Positions 38,587 to 48,711 of a stretch of 64,000 nt of DNA are shown piece by piece. A program made the position numbers and the translations under genes. Origin of the DNA: Gemmatimonadales bacterium (GTDB lineage: Bacteria > Gemmatimonadota > Gemmatimonadetes > Gemmatimonadales > GWC2-71-9); assembly GCA_965249575.1 (NCBI GenBank), contig OZ252244.1:1760001-1824000 (forward strand). Reading direction: 5' to 3'. The first letter of the stretch is position 1. Each line of letters opens with the position of its first letter. A model generated the notes under the pieces. The model was not told the origin of the DNA, did not search any database, and worked only from the letters and a program-made list of their open reading frames with translations.

Positions 38587-39420
38587 TCACGGGAGGGGCA
38601 GAGCGTGGGCGGGGGCAAACAGCGCCCGCCCGTGCTCCTCCCTCCCGTACTCCCCGATCATCTCCTGCACTTCATCGGACAACAGAAAGGCGTGGAGGCG
38701 CTGGGCGCCGCCGTGGTTCACCCAGGAATAGCCTTTCGGGTTGGTCAAGATGACGTGATACGGATTGTGTAGTAGCGAGTCACCCTCGGCGAGCGGGATG
38801 AGGTCGAGGGGCGCCGCATGTCTCAGGAACGTGCCGAGGTCGGACAGGGTGTAGGCCCGAAGCTCGTTGGCGATCTGGAGCGTCGCGCTCATGCCCTGCC
38901 CCGACTCCAGATGCCAGGCGGGGTCGGGTGCCGCCGTCGAGCGACCCCAGAGGGTGTCTTCCTTGACGTGCGTCCCCGAACGGTCGCCGCGGGATACGAA
39001 GGTCCCTCCGGCCATCGCTATCCCCGCGAGCGCTTGCGGAGCGTCCGTTAGGCCCCGCACACCCGCCGGATCGTCGGGCGGGCCGACGATGATGAATTCG
39101 TTCCTCATTAAAGGGCGGCGCTCGAGACCGAACCCCTCGGTGACGAAGCGCTCTTCGCCGGCGGGATCGTGCAGGATGAGAATGTCGGCCTCGCCGCGGC
39201 GGCCCAGCTCCATCGCCTGTCCGCTACCGACGGCGACGACCTTCACCGTGTAGCCCGATTCCCCCTGAAAGTGTGGCAACAGGTAGTCGAGTAGCCCGGC
39301 ATCCCGTACCGAGGTCGTGGTGGCGAGAATGATCTGGTCATTTGACACCTGCGCCGCCGCTGGGCGGGGCGGCGCGGCGAGAAGAAGCGCGGAGGTGATC
39401 CAGAGGCCGCGCGCGCTCAG
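38587..39420 (-). CDS. tupA: Tungstate ABC transporter substrate-binding protein (start uncertain)
   Basis: LATTTS..DAGLL, VGSGQA..LGRRG.AD, FVSRGDRSGTH.KE, GQGM.ATL; signal-like frame extends to a CTG overlapping the upstream stop. Confidence 0.85.
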   Translation of the reverse strand: MSARGLWITSALLLAAPPRPAAAQVSNDQIILATTTSVRDAGLLDYLLPHFQGESGYTVKVVAVGSGQAMELGRRGEADILILHDPAGEERFVTEGFGLERRPLMRNEFIIVGPPDDPAGVRGLTDAPQALAGIAMAGGTFVSRGDRSGTHVKEDTLWGRSTAAPDPAWHLESGQGMSATLQIANELRAYTLSDLGTFLRHAAPLDLIPLAEGDSLLHNPYHVILTNPKGYSWVNHGGAQRLHAFLLSDEVQEMIGEYGREEHGRALFAPAHALPLP

Positions 39421-39986
39421 TTGATTGCCGTGTCCCCTTCGATCGGGACCGGGATCGGCTGGGTGGGCCGGACATCTTCAGCGCCTCCGCCAATGAAGCG
39501 CCCCATCGCGGCGGCGGCGAATAACAGGAGCACCACCGCTCCCCACCGCATGATCCTCCGCTTTACGTTGGGCTTGAGCCGCGCCCTGAGCTCGACGTTC
39601 TCCTGCCGGAGCGCCGCCTTCTCGGCCGCCTTCTCGACCGAGGCCTGCAGGTGCGGCATGTCGATCGGCTTGGTGAGGAAGTTCTCGGCCCCGAGACGCA
39701 TGGCCTCGACGGCGGTCTCCACCTCTCCGTATCCCGTGAGCAACAACACCATAGCTTCGGGATAGTCCTGGCGAATCGCCTCGAGTACCTGCATCCCCGA
39801 CATATCCGGCATATACAGGTCGAGCACCGCTACGTCGGGGCGAATGCGCTTGAAGAGCTCCAGCCCCTCCTGACCGGTCCCTGCCTTGTAGACGTCGTGG
39901 CCAAGCCGCTCGAAGTACTCACCTAGAGCGTTGAGCAGCAGCTCATCGTCGTCAACGAACAACACACGGTACCTGGACACGGTCAT
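39417..39986 (-). CDS. Response regulator receiver with C-terminal TM helix
   Basis: VLFVDDD, VLDLYMPD, LTGYG, AMRLGA..FLTKP; then WGAVVLLLFAAAAMG. Confidence 0.85.
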   Translation of the reverse strand: MTVSRYRVLFVDDDELLLNALGEYFERLGHDVYKAGTGQEGLELFKRIRPDVAVLDLYMPDMSGMQVLEAIRQDYPEAMVLLLTGYGEVETAVEAMRLGAENFLTKPIDMPHLQASVEKAAEKAALRQENVELRARLKPNVKRRIMRWGAVVLLLFAAAAMGRFIGGGAEDVRPTQPIPVPIEGDTAIN

Positions 39987-40008
39987 CCCTCTCTGCGGTC
40001 GGGCCTAA

Positions 40009-40824
40009 TTAGAATAATTCCACCTGCTCCTGCAAGGTTTCCGGCTCGACGGGCCTCTGCCCGACCATCCGCTGGAACTCACGCGCCGTGTGGGGACTGT
40101 GACCCTGGTAGTGGTTGTTGAAGTAGCCGAACATCGTCTTGACCCGCCCGGCGAGAGCCGCGAGTGCCATCGCCCACATCGACAACTCGCGGGATCGGTC
40201 GACCTGAACGGCGGAGTAATCGGTGAAGCGCCGGTTGTGCCCCATCCATCGCACGTAGCCGAAGTCGGCCGTGGGGTCCCGGGCGTGGTCGAGCATTGAC
40301 CGGCGCCGGATCCACCGCCCGTCGACCAGCGTGAGCGCCACGTTGTGACGCCTCAGCAGGTCGAGGGTGTCGCTGTTCAGCCACTGGGAATGGCGGAACT
40401 CGATCGCCCAGCGGAACTGGTCCGATAGTCCTTCGACGAAGCCGCGGAGGTCGCGGCGCGTGTCCGCGTTGGGCTTGAACTCCGGGCTCAGCTGGAGCAG
40501 GAGGGGCCCCAACCGGTCGCCCAAGATCTCTGCGCGCCTCAGGAAGCGGGCCAGCACCGGCTCTGCATCGACCAAACGTTGCTCGTGGGTGACCTGTTGC
40601 GGGATCTTGAGTGAAAACAAGAAACCCTCGGACACGCGGTCCCTCCACGCGGCCACCACGGGCTCCGCGGGGATCGCGTAGAACGTCGAGTCGATCTCTA
40701 CTGTATCGAAGGCGCGAGCGTAGATGCCGAGCATGTCCGGCGAACGGGTCCCCACCGGATAGAAGGGGCCCACCCACGCGGGGTAGTTCCAGCCTTGGGT
40801 GCCGAGCAGGACGTTCGCGGACAA
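40009..40824 (-). CDS. DUF72 family protein
   Basis: GTQGWNY..W...FYP, VEIDSTFY, LLQL.P, IEFRH..W, YFNNHY.G. Confidence 0.92.
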   Translation of the reverse strand: MSANVLLGTQGWNYPAWVGPFYPVGTRSPDMLGIYARAFDTVEIDSTFYAIPAEPVVAAWRDRVSEGFLFSLKIPQQVTHEQRLVDAEPVLARFLRRAEILGDRLGPLLLQLSPEFKPNADTRRDLRGFVEGLSDQFRWAIEFRHSQWLNSDTLDLLRRHNVALTLVDGRWIRRRSMLDHARDPTADFGYVRWMGHNRRFTDYSAVQVDRSRELSMWAMALAALAGRVKTMFGYFNNHYQGHSPHTAREFQRMVGQRPVEPETLQEQVELF

Positions 40825-40826
40825 AC

Positions 40827-41267
40827 CTATCCCCCCGCCGCGTCGCCGCCCCGATGCCAGTACATCCGCATCTCCGAGATCTTGTCATCTGCGGTCTCGC
40901 AGAACACCGCTCCCCGAACGTCGATCCACTCGCCGGTGCGGCGCCGGCGAAACGTGCATTTGTACTCGCTGGCGAACCAGGGCCCGGCGACGAAAATCTC
41001 GCCGAATCTGAACGAAACCTCTGCCTGTTCCTTGGGGATGTCATTCCAGTACTGTTCTATGGCCGCCCGGCCCTCGAGCGCGTCATCGAATGGCGAGGGA
41101 TAGAACGCCGCATCGGCCGTGAACGCTTCGCTCATCGCGTCGGCCTTCCCGCGTTCCCAGCCCTCCCCGAACTGCGTGAGGAGCGCCTCGTATTGCTTCC
41201 GCCTTCGCTGGGCATCGTCCGACGCCGGCGCGATCAAGTCGTCTCCTCCTGGTGACGGGTCCGCCAT
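40827..41267 (-). CDS. SnoaL/NTF2-like protein
   Basis: FT.DA.F...PF...L.GR.AI..YW, KI.E.R.YW. Confidence 0.8.
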   Translation of the reverse strand: MADPSPGGDDLIAPASDDAQRRRKQYEALLTQFGEGWERGKADAMSEAFTADAAFYPSPFDDALEGRAAIEQYWNDIPKEQAEVSFRFGEIFVAGPWFASEYKCTFRRRRTGEWIDVRGAVFCETADDKISEMRMYWHRGGDAAGG

Positions 41268-41353
41268 GATTCAAGATTAGGGACACGCGGCTGGCCAGGG
41301 AAGAGGGAACCGGCACTTTCTGCCTCCACGCTTGCGGCTCGTAACCGTCACGA

Positions 41354-42271
41354 ATGCGCCTAATTATCGACTGCGACCCCGGAATTGATGACCTCGTGGC
41401 ACTGGCCTTGGCCGCGCGATCGCCTGAGCTCGACATTGTGGCGGTCACGACAACCTACGGCAACGCGCCGCTGTGGCACACCACCCGCAACGCGCGCGAT
41501 CTGCTGCGGAGGGCGGGACGCAACGACGTCGCCGTTCACGCCGGTCCCGCGCGCCCACTCGTGCGGGAGCCAGCGCCGGCCATCGAAGCCCACGGACCGA
41601 CCGGTACCGGCTACGCCAGCATCGACGACGACTCGGATAGTCAGTCGATCGCGCCGGACGACCTCGCACTCCTGCGCGCGCTCGACGAGGCAGGCGAACC
41701 GGTCACGCTGGTCACCATGGGTCCGCTCACCGCCTTGGCGTACGCGCTCGAGGCGGAGCCACGACTCGTCCGGGAACGGGTACGCCGGCACATCGGGATG
41801 TTCGGCAGCTTCGAAGTCCGGGGAAGCGCCAGCCGCTGGGCGGACTACAACGCCTGGAGCGATCCTGAAGCGGCCGCCCTGGTCCTCACGGCATCACTAC
41901 CGAGCGAGATGGTGCCGCTGGAGGTGACACGAACGCTGGTCGTGCGGGCCGCAGCAGTGCAGCGGCTCGAACGGTCAACCGATCCTCTATCGGCGTGGCT
42001 CGGCTCGGCACTCCGCTACTACGCGCAGTTCCAGGGGCGGACCCTGGGGATCGATGGCTGCGCCGTCCACGACGTGCTCCCGATCAGCGAGCTCTTGGAC
42101 CCTGGGCTGCTGTCGTTCGCGGAGGGCCAAGTCGAAGTCGATCTTGACGTAGGAGACGGCCGTGGCCATACAAGGATCGCGCCGACGGGCTCCCACGCGC
42201 GGTTCGCAACGGGCGTAGACGCCGGGCGCGCACGGCGCCTACTCGCGCGAGTCTTCGGCGGGGGGGGCTAG
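41354..42271 (+). CDS. Inosine-uridine-preferring nucleoside hydrolase
   Basis: DCDPGIDD, GN, GPLT, N..SDPEAA, HD motifs. Confidence 0.9.
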   Translation: MRLIIDCDPGIDDLVALALAARSPELDIVAVTTTYGNAPLWHTTRNARDLLRRAGRNDVAVHAGPARPLVREPAPAIEAHGPTGTGYASIDDDSDSQSIAPDDLALLRALDEAGEPVTLVTMGPLTALAYALEAEPRLVRERVRRHIGMFGSFEVRGSASRWADYNAWSDPEAAALVLTASLPSEMVPLEVTRTLVVRAAAVQRLERSTDPLSAWLGSALRYYAQFQGRTLGIDGCAVHDVLPISELLDPGLLSFAEGQVEVDLDVGDGRGHTRIAPTGSHARFATGVDAGRARRLLARVFGGGG

Positions 42272-42299
42272 GCGGGAAGTCACCGGTCGGGAGGCACGC

Positions 42300-43306
42300 A
42301 TGACAGATGGACAGGTACAAGTCGCAGTGGTGGGAACGGGCCAGATCGGGCGAGGCTGGGCGGCGCTCTGCGTCGCGGCAGGATGGCCGGTGGCGATCTT
42401 CGATACCGACGCGCAGGCGCTCGACGCCGCCGCGGTCGAGATCAAAGCGGGCGCCAGGCGGCTGGCGGCCCTCGGCCGCGCCGAGCACGAGCATATCGAA
42501 AAGGGATTCGCCAAGCTCCGCGCAGGACGCAGCCTGCTCCAGGCGTGCCAGGATGCGCAGTGGGTGATCGAGTCGATTCCCGAAGACCTGATTCACAAAC
42601 AGAAGCTCTTCGAGGCGCTGGAATCCGTCGCGCCGCACGCGCGAGCCATCACGAGCTCATCGAGCGGGCTCGACGCCAAGGACCTCGCCGCGCGGTGCCG
42701 CCGCCCCGACCGCTGCCTCGTCGCGCACGCCCTGAACCCGCCCGAGCTGATCCCGCTAGTGGAGCTGGTGCCGAGCGAGTACACCGACGGCGCCCTGGTC
42801 GAGGTGCTGAAGGGCTGGCTCCGCGCGCTCGGCAGGATCCCCGTCACCATCAAGAAACCGATCCCTGGCCGCGTCGCCGGCAGGATATCGGCCGCGGTCT
42901 GGCGCGAGGCGATCGACCTGGTGCTTCAGGGCGTCATCGACGTCGACGATCTCGACCGCGCGGTCTCGCTCGGGCCGGCGCTCAGCTGGGCCGCTGCCGG
43001 TCCGCACCTGAGCTACCATCTCGCGGCCGGCGATCGCGGACTCCGCGCCTTCATCCAGCACCTGCTCGCCAGCTTCGAGGCCGCGTGGGGTGACCTGGCG
43101 ACGTGGACCCAGATCGACCAGGAGCAGCGGCACCGCCTGGTGCACGCCGTGCAGCGGACCTACGAGGGGGAGATATCGAGCAGATCCGGAGCGCCAGGGA
43201 CCGCCGACTGGCCGCGATTCTCCGAGCAATGGAGGAGGCGAGGATCTCGGGAGCCCTCGCCCAACCGCGAACCCTGCCCGACTCCTCCTCCCCCGGTGAG
43301 GAGTAG
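42300..43306 (+). CDS. 3-hydroxyacyl-CoA dehydrogenase family protein (frameshift at G5 run 43166-43170)
   Basis: VVGTGQIG, ESIPE, SSSSG, H..NPP.LIPLVE; tail ARDRRLAAIL lies in the next frame. Confidence 0.85.
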
Positions 43307-43366
43307 GGCGGCACACTCCCCTCACTCCCTACCCCCCACCCGCTCGGGTGGGGTCGAGTGGAGCGG

Positions 43367-44071
43367 CTAGACCACCTCCCGGTCGACCTGCGCGCACCAC
43401 AGCGACCGCGCTAGCTCGTTGCCGACCACGGTTTCCCTGGGGTGGTGGAGACCGATGAGCTTGACGGTGGTCGGTCCCTGGAACGGCTGGCGGCCGAGCA
43501 CCTCGAAGGCGACCCCGGGCTTCAAGCCTAGGGAGGCGATGAAGCGAAGGCGTTCGGGGTCCTTGTCGCTCACCATCCTCAGCTCGGCGACGTTCCCAAC
43601 CGGGATCTCGGTAAGCGCGATGTAGTCCAATTCCTCGATGTCGCCGGCCTGGGTGGGGATTGGGGCGCCGTGAGGATCGTACCGCGGGTGCCCGAGCGCG
43701 AGCGCCATCCGCTCGACGAGATCGTCCGAGACGGCGTGCTCCAGGCGTTCGGCTTCGTCGTGCACGTTGTCCCAGTCGTACCCTAGCTTCGACATGAGGT
43801 ATGACTCGAGAATCCGGTGCCGCCGAACCATGCGGAGCGCCACACGGCGGCCGGTAGCCGTGAGTTGCACCCCGCGGTAGGGCACGTGCTCCAGGAGGCT
43901 CGACTCGGACAACCGCTTGAGCATCCCGCTCACCGACGGTGGGGCCACCTCGAGTGCTTCGGCGATGGCGCTGGTCTGCGCCGCGCCCGACGCCGACTCG
44001 AGCTCGAAGATGGCCTTGAGATAATCTTCCGTGGAGCGGGACAATCCCTTGGGATGGGCCGCGGCCGCCAT
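43367..44071 (-). CDS. mntR: DtxR/MntR metal-dependent regulator with FeoA domain
   Basis: EDYLKAI, RRHR.LE.YL, VH.EAE.LEH, DPHG.PIP. Confidence 0.9.
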   Translation of the reverse strand: MAAAAHPKGLSRSTEDYLKAIFELESASGAAQTSAIAEALEVAPPSVSGMLKRLSESSLLEHVPYRGVQLTATGRRVALRMVRRHRILESYLMSKLGYDWDNVHDEAERLEHAVSDDLVERMALALGHPRYDPHGAPIPTQAGDIEELDYIALTEIPVGNVAELRMVSDKDPERLRFIASLGLKPGVAFEVLGRQPFQGPTTVKLIGLHHPRETVVGNELARSLWCAQVDREVV

Positions 44072-44157
44072 AGTGCCATCCCCTCACATGAGGTGAGCCG
44101 TAGATTGAATTTCTGTGAGCCTAAGCTATGGTTTTCTTTTCAGAAGTGCAAGTCGTA

Positions 44158-44741
44158 TCAGCGCTTACCCCACCACGTCACGAACGGTGTGATGATGCGG
44201 TGGGTCAGGCCCCAGATCACGTGATCCCCAACCACGAACGCCTGCACGGGGTGGTACGCGCCTTGCGAAGCTCTATGTCGACCGTCGTAGCCGATTGCTG
44301 GAGTTCCGAGAGTGGAACCCAGACGTGCAGGGCGACTTCGGCGCTCGGGGAAACTTCGGGCCGGTCGCGGAGTCCAAAAACGTAGGGCCGGATGACGACC
44401 GGGGGCAGCACGGGAGTGTTTGGTGCCAGCTCGTCGAGCTCGCCAAGCAGATCCGGCGGAGCAAGGTCGATACCGGTCTCCTCCAGGGTCTCGCGCGCCG
44501 CGGTCGCCAAGAGGTCGTCGTCGACAGGGTCCCGGCGGCCACCTGGCAAGGCCATCTGGCCGGACCAGGGATCGCCCTCGACTTCAGCGCGCTTGATGAA
44601 GAGCGCCTCGAGGTCGCCGTCGGAGGTCGGCAACAGGATGAGCGCGACAGCCGCCTCAACGACACGAGCCCCGGTCACGCGCTCCGGCTCTCCCCGGCCC
44701 AGCTTGGTCCGAATGGCTTCGAAGTGAGGGTGATGAATCAC
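44158..44741 (-). CDS. NUDIX CoA pyrophosphatase (frameshift near 44260)
   Basis: KRA...DPWSGQMALPGG, A.RET.EETG; tail VIWGLTHRI in another frame. Confidence 0.85.
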
Positions 44742-44809
44742 GGTGATGAGACGTACCCGGCCCCGACGCGGGTGTTCGATGTGACGCGGGGCTTGCGTGC
44801 GAGAGTAAC

Positions 44810-45010
44810 TTGAGTGGTTGGATGATGGGCGGACAGGGAGGTTCACTCGTTCAGGAGGTTGATATTCGGGGCTTTGCTGTCGGACTTGTCGCTCTCGCCG
44901 CGCTCGCGGCGGCCGGCCTGTTGTTGACGAAGCGCCGGCCCGCGCTCCAGGTATCTCCGGGCGGTGAGAGCACCGGTTACGTAGACGACCTCTACGCAGC
45001 CGGCCTTTAA
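44810..45010 (+). CDS. Small single-TM hypothetical protein
   Basis: Hydrophobic helix followed by KRR; start uncertain. Confidence 0.4.
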   Translation: MSGWMMGGQGGSLVQEVDIRGFAVGLVALAALAAAGLLLTKRRPALQVSPGGESTGYVDDLYAAGL

Positions 45011-45054
45011 CCCGCGCTCCGGACGGCCCCCCTCGGCCGTCCGGAGCAACCTAC

Positions 45055-45918
45055 CTACGCCAGCAGGTTCCTCGAGAACCAATCCGCAGTCACATCCATA
45101 GCCTCATCGAGTTGAGCAGTGCTCCCGGCCCAGGGGTGGCGCGCGCCGAAAGTGTGCCCGCCCCCTTCGATCATCTCGAGCTTTGCTACTCCCTCTTCTG
45201 CCGCCGCCGCTAACGCCTCCGCCTCGCTCACCGGAACGGCTTCATCTTCATTCCCGTGGACGATCAGCCAGGGTGCGCGGACCTTCTGAGCTGCTGCTAG
45301 GAAGTCGAGCCTTCCGTTGCCGTACCGTTCGAGCTCTTCCAGCACGTCCGTGTACAGCGGTAGGACATCCCCGGTCCTGGCATTCACGATGTCCAGTTTT
45401 CCGGAAGCCCGCCACGACTCGATCGTCTCGTTCGGCCACCGAAGCCCCCTGGATACCGCCGCCCAAGTGACCAGCGCGGCCACGGTCTCGTCCGCCGTTG
45501 CGCGTAAGAGTGCGACCGCACCTCCTCGGCTATGTCCGAACAGACCGACTTTGGTGGGTGGCACTACACCTCTGATCAAGTCACCGCTGGTGAGTTTGTC
45601 GCATACACGTCCGAGATCGTCGATCGCCTTCGTGTAGGTGTCCCGTGCGAACCGTTCCGGCTCGGTGAACGACTCGCCGTCGGGACCGACACCGCTCCCG
45701 GAGAAATTGAACGACACCGGGGTCATGCCGGCGCGGGCCAGACGGCCTGCGAGACGGGGAAGGAAGCCCCAGTCCTTGAAGCCCTTGAAGCCCTTGAAGC
45801 CGTGACAGATTACGACAGCCGGCCTCCCCTCCCCCCCCTGCGCAGTGCGGACATGGCCCCGCAACGGGCCCCCGTCGGCTCCTCGAATCTCGAACGCCGT
45901 TTTGACTGCGGTCGCCAT
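45055..45918 (-). CDS. Alpha/beta hydrolase
   Basis: HGFKGFK..DWG, GHSRGG, HG..D..V, H-T-F. Confidence 0.9.
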   Translation of the reverse strand: MATAVKTAFEIRGADGGPLRGHVRTAQGGEGRPAVVICHGFKGFKGFKDWGFLPRLAGRLARAGMTPVSFNFSGSGVGPDGESFTEPERFARDTYTKAIDDLGRVCDKLTSGDLIRGVVPPTKVGLFGHSRGGAVALLRATADETVAALVTWAAVSRGLRWPNETIESWRASGKLDIVNARTGDVLPLYTDVLEELERYGNGRLDFLAAAQKVRAPWLIVHGNEDEAVPVSEAEALAAAAEEGVAKLEMIEGGGHTFGARHPWAGSTAQLDEAMDVTADWFSRNLLA

Positions 45919-45964
45919 GGGTGTGCTTTACCTCCCTCAGGCCCCGAGGTACATTCCCTCCCTC

Positions 45965-46564
45965 ATGTCAACGACCGCCAGGGACAGTGGCCCGCGCGGA
46001 TCGGTACGCACAGATAACCCACCGTTACAAGCTGTCGGCCGGGCCATTGAGTCCCATCGTGAACACCTCGTCGAGAATTGGGCGAATTGGATCGGGGAGC
46101 GAGTCGGAAGCGCCCGGCACATTGACCGGCCAACGTTGGAACGCCAGCTCACCCTCCTGGTCGATCTTCTCGTGGAGCTCACTGCGCCGCTGCGCCGGCA
46201 GGCCGCGCAGCTCTGGTTCGATGCGTGCCACCATTACGGCGAGACGGCCGCCGCGCGAGGCCTCGCGGCTGGCGAGGTGGTGGAAGAGATCCAGCACCTG
46301 CGAGAGCTGTTGATCCGGGAACTGCTTGAGATCATCGCGGCGCTCCCTGCCCGGCACTCGGTAGCCACCGTGCTGCGGCTGAACCGTCTGGTGGACCGCG
46401 CAATCGCGAACGCCGTCGTGGGCTACACCGACGCCCTCGTGGAAACCCTTTTTAGCCAGCGCGGCGTTCCCATTTTCGTATCCGATTCGGCGAATGGCGA
46501 GGTCGCCAAACGGCTGAGCCAACTCGAGTCCGACCTGAAACAGCTGCGCGAGAAGCGCCGCTAA
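45965..46564 (+). CDS. Helical hypothetical protein (RsbRD N-terminal-like)
   Basis: YG..AA.RGL..GEVVEE...LRE pattern. Confidence 0.6.
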   Translation: MSTTARDSGPRGSVRTDNPPLQAVGRAIESHREHLVENWANWIGERVGSARHIDRPTLERQLTLLVDLLVELTAPLRRQAAQLWFDACHHYGETAAARGLAAGEVVEEIQHLRELLIRELLEIIAALPARHSVATVLRLNRLVDRAIANAVVGYTDALVETLFSQRGVPIFVSDSANGEVAKRLSQLESDLKQLREKRR

Positions 46565-46572
46565 CTCTCCCG

Positions 46573-47367
46573 TCAGCCCGCGATTTCTTCCCCGCCGTCC
46601 ACGTTGATCACGTTGCCGGTGATCCATGCCGTGCCGGAATCGCAGAGCGCGACGACCGCGCGGGCCACGTCCTCCGGCGTCGTGAGCCTGCCGTGCGGAT
46701 TCCGCTTCGCGCCCTGGGCGAACAGCTCCGCGCTCCCCGGAATCTTTCGCGAGGCCGGCGTCTCGGTCACGCCGCCCCGCAGCGCGTTGACCGTAATGTC
46801 GTGGTTGGCGAGCTCGACCGCGAGCTGCCGCGTGTGTGACTCGAGAGCGCACTTGGCAGCCGAGACGGCGCCGTACGATTGGATCACCCTCGTCGAGCCC
46901 GACGAAGTCATCGAGAATATCCGCCCCCCCTTACCCATCAACTTCCGGCTCACCAGATCCTGCGCCCAGTAGACCAGCGAGTGCGCCATCACGTCCAGCG
47001 TCATCTCGATATTCGCCTTTGTGAGCGCATCGCCGGCGATGTAGGGCTTGAGCGTACCGAAGGCGAGTGAGTGCATGAACACCTCCACATTGCCGCCCGA
47101 CGCGTCGATCTCCGCAGCCAGCGCGTCGAGTACACCCCCCCGCTTCCCCTCGTCGGCCGCATTCACGTTGAAGTACAGCGCCCGGCGTCCCACGCCCTCG
47201 ATGTCCCTCTTGATCTCGTCGACGTGCTTGAGACCGGCTTTGCGGTCGAGATGCACGCCGGCGATGTCGTAACCGGCACTGGCCAGCGCCTTGGCACATG
47301 CCTCGCCGAAGCCACTCGAGGCGCCGAGAATCAGAGCCCATCGTGGGGTGGTCGCGTTCTGGGACAA
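46573..47367 (-). CDS. SDR family enoyl-ACP reductase (FabL-like)
   Basis: GASSGFG, YGAVSAAK, ITG.VI.VDGG; TTG start after GGAGG. Confidence 0.88.
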   Translation of the reverse strand: MSQNATTPRWALILGASSGFGEACAKALASAGYDIAGVHLDRKAGLKHVDEIKRDIEGVGRRALYFNVNAADEGKRGGVLDALAAEIDASGGNVEVFMHSLAFGTLKPYIAGDALTKANIEMTLDVMAHSLVYWAQDLVSRKLMGKGGRIFSMTSSGSTRVIQSYGAVSAAKCALESHTRQLAVELANHDITVNALRGGVTETPASRKIPGSAELFAQGAKRNPHGRLTTPEDVARAVVALCDSGTAWITGNVINVDGGEEIAG

Positions 47368-47404
47368 GCCAACCTCCGTTTGCGGGGACGGGTAATATAG
47401 GAGA

Positions 47405-48259
47405 ATGAAACAACCGGGTGAGCCCAATGGCCGGGTGCTCTTCAGCCTCGTCAGCATCAATCTCTGGGATCTTCCGATCTTCTGGCCACGCCACGACCGC
47501 ACGCGGCGGCGGCAGCGCATGCTCGAGCAGTTTCCCGATCTGTCGGCCGACCTGCTCCTGTTTCAGGAGGCCTTCGTACAGAGTTTTCGCGAGCGCCTGG
47601 CCGCCGCGCTGCCGCGGCTCAACGCCGATCCCTATCTCGAGGCGCGGCGCCGGCACGGACCGATCACGCTGAGCGCCGCCGGCGGGCTGCTGACGTTCTC
47701 GCGCTGGGCGTTCGGCTCCTCGGTCTTCACAGCGGCGCGGACGTTCAAGAGCATGCGGATCGACGAGCGCATCGGACGGAAGGGTTGGCTCCGCACCGAG
47801 GTTCAGACTCCGGTGGGACCGGTATCGGTCGCGAACGTGCACCTCTACGCAGGTACCAGGCCGACCGATGCGCGGGTGCGGACGACGCAGGTGCGGCAGC
47901 TGACCCACGACGCCGAGCGGTGGCCGCCGCTACCCACCATCCTGGCTGGAGACTTCAACATGACGGCTGAACTCGAGCGCCCCGACCGGGGACCCACGGG
48001 ATTCGACCTGCTCGCCGAGGCTGGGTTCGTTGAGGTTGCAGGGGGATCGAGCGACGGCTTAGTGACCATGGCGCCGAGCGTCAACCGATATGCGCGGTAC
48101 GCGCCCTGGCACAAGCCCGACCGGCGGCTCACGCAGGTCTTCTATCGCGGGCCCGGTATCGAGCGCGGGCCCGAACCGCCGACCCTCTGTCTGCACCGGC
48201 CGGCGGTGTCGGATCACTTCGGCCTCAGGGTCCAGCTCGCGCTGGCCCGTCGACACTGA
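47405..48259 (+). CDS. Endonuclease/exonuclease/phosphatase family protein
   Basis: N.W, FQE, NVHL, AGDFN, SDH motifs. Confidence 0.9.
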   Translation: MKQPGEPNGRVLFSLVSINLWDLPIFWPRHDRTRRRQRMLEQFPDLSADLLLFQEAFVQSFRERLAAALPRLNADPYLEARRRHGPITLSAAGGLLTFSRWAFGSSVFTAARTFKSMRIDERIGRKGWLRTEVQTPVGPVSVANVHLYAGTRPTDARVRTTQVRQLTHDAERWPPLPTILAGDFNMTAELERPDRGPTGFDLLAEAGFVEVAGGSSDGLVTMAPSVNRYARYAPWHKPDRRLTQVFYRGPGIERGPEPPTLCLHRPAVSDHFGLRVQLALARRH

Positions 48260-48271
48260 GAGCGGCCCCCG

Positions 48272-48640
48272 ATGTTCGCCTCCTTCGCAGCCGACGCGCT
48301 GGTGCTGCTGCATCTCTGTTTCATCGCTTTTGTCGTGGTGGGCGGGTTCCTCGCATGGCGCTGGAGAGAGCTCGCGTGGGTGCATCTGCCGGCCGCCGCG
48401 TGGGGCGCTCTCATCGAGTTCATGGGATGGACTTGTCCCCTCACGCCGCTCGAGAACCACCTCCGCCGCCTCGCGGGAGAGAGTGGATACGGGGGCGGGT
48501 TCATCGCCCACTATCTCACCCCGATCATCTATTCGGCGGGCCTCACGTCCTCGATTCAGGTCGCGTTGGGAGTTCTCGTGCTCGCGGTGAACGCGTGGGC
48601 CTACTCGGTATATTTCGCCAGGCTGAGACGAGCTGATTAG
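48272..48640 (+). CDS. DUF2784 membrane protein
   Basis: HLP...WG, CPLT.LEN.LR..AG..GY..GFI.HY. Confidence 0.92.
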   Translation: MFASFAADALVLLHLCFIAFVVVGGFLAWRWRELAWVHLPAAAWGALIEFMGWTCPLTPLENHLRRLAGESGYGGGFIAHYLTPIIYSAGLTSSIQVALGVLVLAVNAWAYSVYFARLRRAD

Positions 48641-48711
48641 CGCGCCTTCATCCAGGCTCGCCTTCCGTTCCGTCTTCCGAAGGAACCCTGGAGCATCCGA
48701 AGGAGCTGCAC

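Noticed and set aside
44108..44126. DtxR/MntR box upstream of mntR
   Set aside because: Only one convincing half-site (GCCTAA); insufficient support
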